Shown here in pieces: positions 58,469 to 64,000 of a DNA stretch of 64,000 nucleotides. The stretch is from UHGV virus genome UHGV-0175639. The stretch is one strand, 5' to 3'. Made by a program: the position numbers and the translations under genes. Each line of letters begins with the position of its first letter. Positions within the stretch are counted from its first letter, which is position 1. The DNA comes from a virus. The notes beneath the pieces were generated by a model. That model did not search any database. It saw only the letters and a program-made list of their open reading frames with translations, and was not told where the DNA came from.

Positions 58469-59809
58469 TTAGGTAACGTCTAAGATTCGCTCAATGAAGC
58501 GCATTTGTTCGAGGTTTTGTTTAACGCGAATGCTGATCCCTCCCTGCTGGTTACGTGAACCAGCAAAGTAGAGACGAGCCTCTCCTTTCGCTTCTTCTTC
58601 TTCGGTTTTGTTGATCGTTATTACCAGGTCAGCAATACGTACTTTTTCGAAGTTGTCGGCAGCCTGCATCATTGTGGCATCTTCTGTCGCGCCACCTTCA
58701 CGGTTTGTCTGCGATGCCGTAATCCCAGCAACGTTATGCTTGTCATAAAGAGCACGTAAATCGGTGTAGATACTACGAATGTTGGCGCGATCATCACGAA
58801 GGTCATAACTGGCACGCATCAAATCTGCGTAGTCGACAACAACCATGTCAGGCACCATGCCGTTGGCTTTCATGCTGTTAAGCATACGGTCCAGATCTGC
58901 CGGTGACATACTTCCTGACGGACGCTCAACCACCCACAAACTACCAATCCCCTTCGTGGCTCCCAACTCTGCCAACTTACGATGAACCTCATCGCGCCGT
59001 TCCACCAGCTTGGACATTTCTGTCTCCGACAATCTTGCATCAAAACGGTCGGATAAAATGGTGGTGTGAACCTCCAGCGAGAGATACAGAACATTGTAGC
59101 CAGCAAGCGTTGCGTTTATGGAAAACTCACCCATTGCGGTCGATTTGCCGGATTTAGCGAACCCCATGAAGAGCACCATTTCACGCTTCGCCCAGCCTTT
59201 TTGGTACAGCAACCTATCGAGCAGAGGGAGTCCAGTTGTAATGCTGTTTGGCACATACTCCTCTGAAGCCTCATATTCACGCGCTTTCAATCGCTCACTT
59301 GCGGAGGTGTAGTAGTCATAGATTCCGGTCGCTTCGTTCGAGCCTATCTGCTGAACCTTGGCCATGATTGCCATCGCCCCCTGAAAGTCGCCCTTCTCTT
59401 TCAGTTCAGCAGCTTTAATCAGAGCATCATCAAACGCTACACTTTTTGCGAATGTGGATACCTGGTCAACCATGTACGTGGTATCAGACAATTTTTCTGC
59501 AAGGATGCGCTTAAACGCAGCAACAACATCCGGGAAGAGTTCCTCACGGATGGTCTTATCGCGTTTCGCGCGCTTAAGCATATCCAGAATCGCAGATGAA
59601 GAAGGCGCGCTCTTGTACATACGGTAATAGCCCGAAACCATATTAACCAATATGGCATTGGCCGCATTGGCAAATTGGCTAGGCACAACCAGATCTCCCG
59701 CACGAGTAAGAAACTCGTGATCACGACAAAAATATGCCGTCAGTCTGTTCTGGAAATCTTCATCAAACTCTTCGGACAGCCCGCGTCCTGTATGGCAAAG
59801 TTCGGTCAT
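58469..59809 (-). CDS. DnaB-like replicative helicase
   Basis: RecA-fold Walker A GFAKSGKST and Walker B VVVDYADL. Confidence 0.8.
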   Translation of the reverse strand: MTELCHTGRGLSEEFDEDFQNRLTAYFCRDHEFLTRAGDLVVPSQFANAANAILVNMVSGYYRMYKSAPSSSAILDMLKRAKRDKTIREELFPDVVAAFKRILAEKLSDTTYMVDQVSTFAKSVAFDDALIKAAELKEKGDFQGAMAIMAKVQQIGSNEATGIYDYYTSASERLKAREYEASEEYVPNSITTGLPLLDRLLYQKGWAKREMVLFMGFAKSGKSTAMGEFSINATLAGYNVLYLSLEVHTTILSDRFDARLSETEMSKLVERRDEVHRKLAELGATKGIGSLWVVERPSGSMSPADLDRMLNSMKANGMVPDMVVVDYADLMRASYDLRDDRANIRSIYTDLRALYDKHNVAGITASQTNREGGATEDATMMQAADNFEKVRIADLVITINKTEEEEAKGEARLYFAGSRNQQGGISIRVKQNLEQMRFIERILDVT

Positions 59810-59852
59810 GTGCTTTCCTTTGTTTTTTAAACAAATTGTTTTCTAGTATTAG

Positions 59853-60602
59853 TTAATTAGATAGGGGATCAATAAACCGCCGTGCTTCTTCCAGTTCTTC
59901 TGGAAAGTGGGCGGAAATAAGGCGCTCTGGAACGATTTCCATTAGCCAGATAGCAGAGAAAATTGCGCGTATGCGCTTGCTGCGGGGGATGATGCGCAAA
60001 CGCTCCAGAATCCACTCAAAATAGCTTTCCTGAATCGGGTTGAACTGCATGTCTCCCATATGCTTAAAGCTAACCAGAGAGTCATCCAGACGGGTTGTTG
60101 CGCGTCTGGATAATTTCTCTTCGAATATCTCAACCAGTTCTGGCTGCCATAAATGCTGTGGGCGCGGCAACTTGTCCCACAGACGCCGTGCAGCTGCGGA
60201 AAGAACCGTGGAGATAAAGTAGTCGTATGAACAGCAATAGCGATCAGCAAACTGGCGTGCTTTCCATAGCGACGTTTTATTGGCAGTCGACAACTCCTGA
60301 TAAGGCAGGCGTTTTAACCCGGTGGTGAACGGAGCTGTTTCAAAGTGTTCGCGACCGTGCGTCAGCATGATATTTGAGTACTGACGTTTGTACGCCTCCG
60401 TAAACAGACAGGTGGCCATGAGAGGATGCATATCGCGGTAATCAAACCACTTCGTCTCGAAGAGTTCAGCCTCGTCTTTGCAGCGCGACAAACCAATGTT
60501 TTCAGCGACCCACTTGTCCATAACAGCGGTATTCCACTCTGTCATGAAGTCGTACTGGTCGTTGTCAATGGTATCAAAAAAGATTTGGCTCATGTGGCTC
60601 AC
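59853..60602 (-). CDS. hypothetical protein, 249 aa
   Basis: ORF upstream of the helicase; helicase-loader role is only a positional guess. Confidence 0.45.
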   Translation of the reverse strand: MSHMSQIFFDTIDNDQYDFMTEWNTAVMDKWVAENIGLSRCKDEAELFETKWFDYRDMHPLMATCLFTEAYKRQYSNIMLTHGREHFETAPFTTGLKRLPYQELSTANKTSLWKARQFADRYCCSYDYFISTVLSAAARRLWDKLPRPQHLWQPELVEIFEEKLSRRATTRLDDSLVSFKHMGDMQFNPIQESYFEWILERLRIIPRSKRIRAIFSAIWLMEIVPERLISAHFPEELEEARRFIDPLSN

Positions 60603-60704
60603 CAGATAGGTAGTTACTTACTTATTGCAATGAGCGGATGATAGCGACTGGTGGCAGTTTTTGGAAGTGGAAACGGAAGGGAATGTGTCTGGGAAGTTGG
60701 CATA

Positions 60705-60768
60705 GAAAAAGACCTGCTTCCGTATAAATAATAATAAGTAACTTAGTATTTATATACAGAAGCAGGTT
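60705..60768. terminator. large AT-rich hairpin CCTGCTTCCGTATA...TATACAGAAGCAGG (second copy)
   Basis: Same stem as 14309-14367; U-rich tract on the transcribed strand. Confidence 0.5.
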
Positions 60769-60790
60769 CCAAATTCAACCAGCAGGATGC

Positions 60791-61987
60791 TTAAACATCT
60801 TTTAGAAAGCCTGGAAACCAATGTTTCATGATATACCTAAAATGTGCTCTAGTTGGTTCAAAAACCTGTCTAGATACCAGCGCTCCATCAGGATGATTCT
60901 GAACAGACTGTTCTTTTTCCATATCGTAAAAATTATGAGTTATCTCTGGGGGGAAGAAAATATTTCTGTCCAGTGGCACTGTCGCAAAAGGATTGTAGTA
61001 AATATGAAGGCCGTCAAAGTGCGTCTCTTCATGAGCAGTGGAATGACAAACTACAATATCCGCACCAGTGACTTCGTTATTTAAAAAATGCCGATATGTA
61101 GTGATGAAATGATCAGGTCCTATCCTTTGTGTGTGCTTTCCCTCGTTTTTCATCCCTTCATTGGCGATGAAATCATTCACATCAATGGCTCGATATCGTG
61201 TTGACCTTACATATCTACCGATACCGCTTTGAACCACGGCTTTTCCAAAAGTGCCGGTGGTGGAGAAAATAACCGCACTTATTTCTTTATATGAGTCGTT
61301 AGTAAATATACCTAATGGAATTTCAACGTCTTCATTCTTTTTGATTGAGGTAACTTTAGTTTGGCTGCCAGTCACCAAATTTCTGGTGGTAGGTTCCTCA
61401 ATGCCAAACAACACTCGATTGATGATTGTGTTATTTTGAGACAATGATAAATCGGAGTCAAAGGGTGCAAGCGCCAGAACAAACGGCTTATTAACTACAT
61501 GAGACATCGTAGAGTACGGGAATTTTTTGCCATTAACTCCTGTAAAAAGATCATGTTTGTCTTTGATTTTTCCGATTAATTTTAGCGTTGATTGATGTTT
61601 GAATTTTGATTCGCTAAAAAGAACACCTGCAGGTGGATTATGTGGCCGATCTGATATCACAGCTTCGACGTTAAACTGGTAGCCTGACGGTGTAGTAACA
61701 CAGAAATCGGGACTGTCTTTTGTGTAGTCGACAGAATAATCGAGACGAATAAACATTTCGTTCAGATACAATTCCCATAAGGCGGAATTGAAGGTTGTCT
61801 GAAACTCTTTAACGAATTTAGTCTGCTCACCGCTACGCTCCAGTAACCCACGCCCCCACGACTGTATCACTTCTCTTACTGGAGCATATGTATTATCTTG
61901 ATAAATCTGTTTAAAAGATTCGTGCAGCTTGTTTTTTGCTATTTTGGTTGAGAACAAATCCATTATTAGCCTCACTAACCAGTTCAA
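60791..61987 (-). CDS. hypothetical protein, 398 aa (island gene 2)
   Basis: No recognised domain; AT-rich by eye; start may be the internal MDLFSTK. Confidence 0.5.
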   Translation of the reverse strand: MNWLVRLIMDLFSTKIAKNKLHESFKQIYQDNTYAPVREVIQSWGRGLLERSGEQTKFVKEFQTTFNSALWELYLNEMFIRLDYSVDYTKDSPDFCVTTPSGYQFNVEAVISDRPHNPPAGVLFSESKFKHQSTLKLIGKIKDKHDLFTGVNGKKFPYSTMSHVVNKPFVLALAPFDSDLSLSQNNTIINRVLFGIEEPTTRNLVTGSQTKVTSIKKNEDVEIPLGIFTNDSYKEISAVIFSTTGTFGKAVVQSGIGRYVRSTRYRAIDVNDFIANEGMKNEGKHTQRIGPDHFITTYRHFLNNEVTGADIVVCHSTAHEETHFDGLHIYYNPFATVPLDRNIFFPPEITHNFYDMEKEQSVQNHPDGALVSRQVFEPTRAHFRYIMKHWFPGFLKDV

Positions 61988-62029
61988 TAAGAAAAGCGCC
62001 CAACATAATCATTTGAGGAAAGTCTGGAG

Positions 62030-62788
62030 CTACTTCAGCTTTTCTTTGACAAGAAGATAACCATCATCAGGTGTACTCATTTTGTAAACCTCGATGCTCG
62101 TGTCTAGCTGTGTCCGGGCATATTCTTCTACTTCAGGAGAAACGTTATGTCCAAGAATGATCTCTCTAATATATTTCTTATCAAATGCCTGAGCGCCTAT
62201 TTTTTTAGTAATAACCCTTTGTTCTTCCTCATATTTCCAGCATTCGTGCTTGTAGAAAAAGAGCTTATCAAAAAGTACCTTAAACTCATCTGTAACTTCA
62301 TCGAACACGGGAACAGAAGGTATATATTTCACATTATCAAAGCTGTGATACCCCTCAATAGAGGTAACAAAATCATCATCAAAGCCTATGCAGAAACCTT
62401 TATGCGACACTGAGTAATGTGACCACATCAAGATGTTATCTTCGTTTGGTGACAAGCACACCACACCAAAAGCCCCTAATGATTCTTTCCGCAAATCCAC
62501 AGCCAACGATTTTGCAGCTTCAGGAGCTACAGCATCCCAGTCTTCAAAGGAAAAATCCTTACATCCATTGTCTTCAAAGTGTTTCCGGTGCTCCACTTCT
62601 GTACCTCCCATCGTTATCGAAACTTTGAACTCTGATGGGTCGTTGAATGAAGAAGGTGCGCTAGCAGAGATAGTGCCGTCCTCTACAAACCGTTTGAGGT
62701 TACGTAACACTTTTTGCGAATCTTCACTTCCAATATATTTGTAGAGCATTAGGGAACCTATAGAAAGAGGTGCCAAGCAGCACCTCAA
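62030..62788 (-). CDS. DUF2971-like protein, 252 aa (island gene 1)
   Basis: LYKY...SSFNDPSEF...MWSHYS...GFCIGFD pattern as remembered for DUF2971; begins 6 nt after the ParG-like stop. Confidence 0.5.
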   Translation of the reverse strand: MRCCLAPLSIGSLMLYKYIGSEDSQKVLRNLKRFVEDGTISASAPSSFNDPSEFKVSITMGGTEVEHRKHFEDNGCKDFSFEDWDAVAPEAAKSLAVDLRKESLGAFGVVCLSPNEDNILMWSHYSVSHKGFCIGFDDDFVTSIEGYHSFDNVKYIPSVPVFDEVTDEFKVLFDKLFFYKHECWKYEEEQRVITKKIGAQAFDKKYIREIILGHNVSPEVEEYARTQLDTSIEVYKMSTPDDGYLLVKEKLK

Positions 62789-62793
62789 TAAAA

Positions 62794-63153
62794 TTAACCT
62801 TTCTTCATCAACTCGCGTTTGATTTCATCGGTACGCATCGTGACATCGGCAGCTGTGATCGCCTCGTTAAGTTTCACGATGTCCTCGATTTCCTGCGGTG
62901 TCTTCTCCGCAAGATGGAAAATAGCAGCACGAATCACGTCAGAACGAGTGAACTTCTCGAAGCGAGGGATGAACTTCATCATCTCCAGCAGTTCGAAGTA
63001 TTCGTCCTCCAGTGACATTGTGCGGCTTTTAATTTTCTCTTTGCCACGAGTCGGGCGTCCCTGTGGTCTGACTGGTTGGCGCAAAGGAGTTGTGTTCTTA
63101 GCCGGTGCATCAGGCTCTTTGCGCTTTGCTAGGTCACCCATTTTCATGGACAT
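62794..63153 (-). CDS. small partition protein (ParG/ParB-like centromere binder, putative)
   Basis: 119 aa, basic N-terminus, directly downstream of parA with overlapping stop and start. Confidence 0.5.
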   Translation of the reverse strand: MSMKMGDLAKRKEPDAPAKNTTPLRQPVRPQGRPTRGKEKIKSRTMSLEDEYFELLEMMKFIPRFEKFTRSDVIRAAIFHLAEKTPQEIEDIVKLNEAITAADVTMRTDEIKRELMKKG

Positions 63154-63821
63154 TATTCTTCTTCCTCCAGACTCAACAGATAATCTACAAATTCTTCAAA
63201 CTCGGCTTCCGCCTTTTTGTCGCGCTCGCTACCGGTCATTTCAAAGATAGAACGACCAGACTCTTCCGCATCATCATAGACGTTGCGGTTATATAGATTG
63301 ACTGGCGCAGACTCGATGCCAAACGTCTCAACAATCTCTTTAGCCGCCAGAATGCGAGACACTTGTGATGGCAAAGCCGGGCACTGGTTCATGACCGCGC
63401 GGACCTTCACTTTATCGTTTACATTGCGAACATTGTCGATAATAGGATCGATGTCACGTAAAGATTTCAAATCACGACGCTTAGGACGCAGCGGGATAAT
63501 GATAACGTCAGCCATCAGCATCGCTTGTCGCTGAATTTCGGAGTCGAAGCCACCAGCATCTACCACTACAAACTCAGCTCTACCCTGAAGCGATTTTAGG
63601 TGCTTAATGATGTCATCCTGAACGTATGCAAAAGGAATCAGCTCAAGGTCTTCGTTCTGTCGACGGTCTTCACACCAGCTCGTTGTCGTGCGCTGAATAT
63701 CTATATCGGTAATATAAACCTTCTTCTTCTTTTTGACTTTCAGGCAAACGGCAATTTGCTGGGCAACGGTGGATTTGCCAGGCCCGCCCTTTGTGCCGCC
63801 AACCACAAAGATCTTGGTCAT
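63153..63821 (-). CDS. parA: ParA-type partition ATPase
   Basis: Deviant Walker A GGTKGGPGKST; 222 aa. Confidence 0.85.
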   Translation of the reverse strand: MTKIFVVGGTKGGPGKSTVAQQIAVCLKVKKKKKVYITDIDIQRTTTSWCEDRRQNEDLELIPFAYVQDDIIKHLKSLQGRAEFVVVDAGGFDSEIQRQAMLMADVIIIPLRPKRRDLKSLRDIDPIIDNVRNVNDKVKVRAVMNQCPALPSQVSRILAAKEIVETFGIESAPVNLYNRNVYDDAEESGRSIFEMTGSERDKKAEAEFEEFVDYLLSLEEEE

Positions 63822-64000
63822 TGGAGAGTTCCCTTTGCGTATATAATTATCGTCTGAAACAACTTGTTTTCTTATATGTGATATAGCCTAAATGCCTACG
63901 GCTGCGGTGTAAAGGTTTAATGATAGGTACATAGGGGGGGCTTAATAACAAAAAACCCGCCGTAGCGGGTTTATTGATTCATAGATCGTTTAGTCAGAAT

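Overview
The window opens in conserved enterobacterial chromosome (5' end of metG on the minus strand at 1-94, then mrp/apbC at 252-1352). From about 1.4 kb to the end it is almost entirely one mobile element whose gene content matches a phage-plasmid of the SSU5/pHCM2 type. That element carries a RepA gene flanked by iteron arrays (30.6-32.5 kb), a ParA/ParG-like partition operon (62.8-63.8 kb), a tyrosine recombinase beside a perfect 13-7-13 palindromic site (47.4-48.6 kb), and a cluster of at least four tRNA genes (50.5-51.1 kb). Its replication and nucleotide-metabolism module includes DnaE, DnaB-like helicase, primase, a gp32-like SSB candidate, a RecA/UvsX-like recombinase, FEN, SbcCD, RNase H, NrdAB, ThyA, DHFR, a frameshifted T4-like DNA ligase and CobS/CobT-like proteins. 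Almost all genes are on the minus strand. The few plus-strand genes look AT-rich by eye (GC was not computed) and read as acquired cargo. An IS3-family element (3980-5208) splits a DUF551-like gene with a 3-bp target duplication. The strongest candidates for an undescribed system are (1) a two-gene AT-rich island appended to the partition operon (60791-62788, DUF2971-like protein plus a 398-aa unknown) and (2) a lone 420-aa membrane-anchored protein between the recombinase and the tRNA cluster (49096-50358). Secondary candidates are an SOS-box-controlled UmuD-prime-like gene with a nearby toxin-like mini-ORF, a ClpX zinc-finger-only protein, an SPFH lipoprotein pair, a secreted Sel1-repeat protein, and two dispersed palindromic operator-like motifs. 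All assignments come from reading the translations and sequence by eye and from remembered family motifs; no database search was run.
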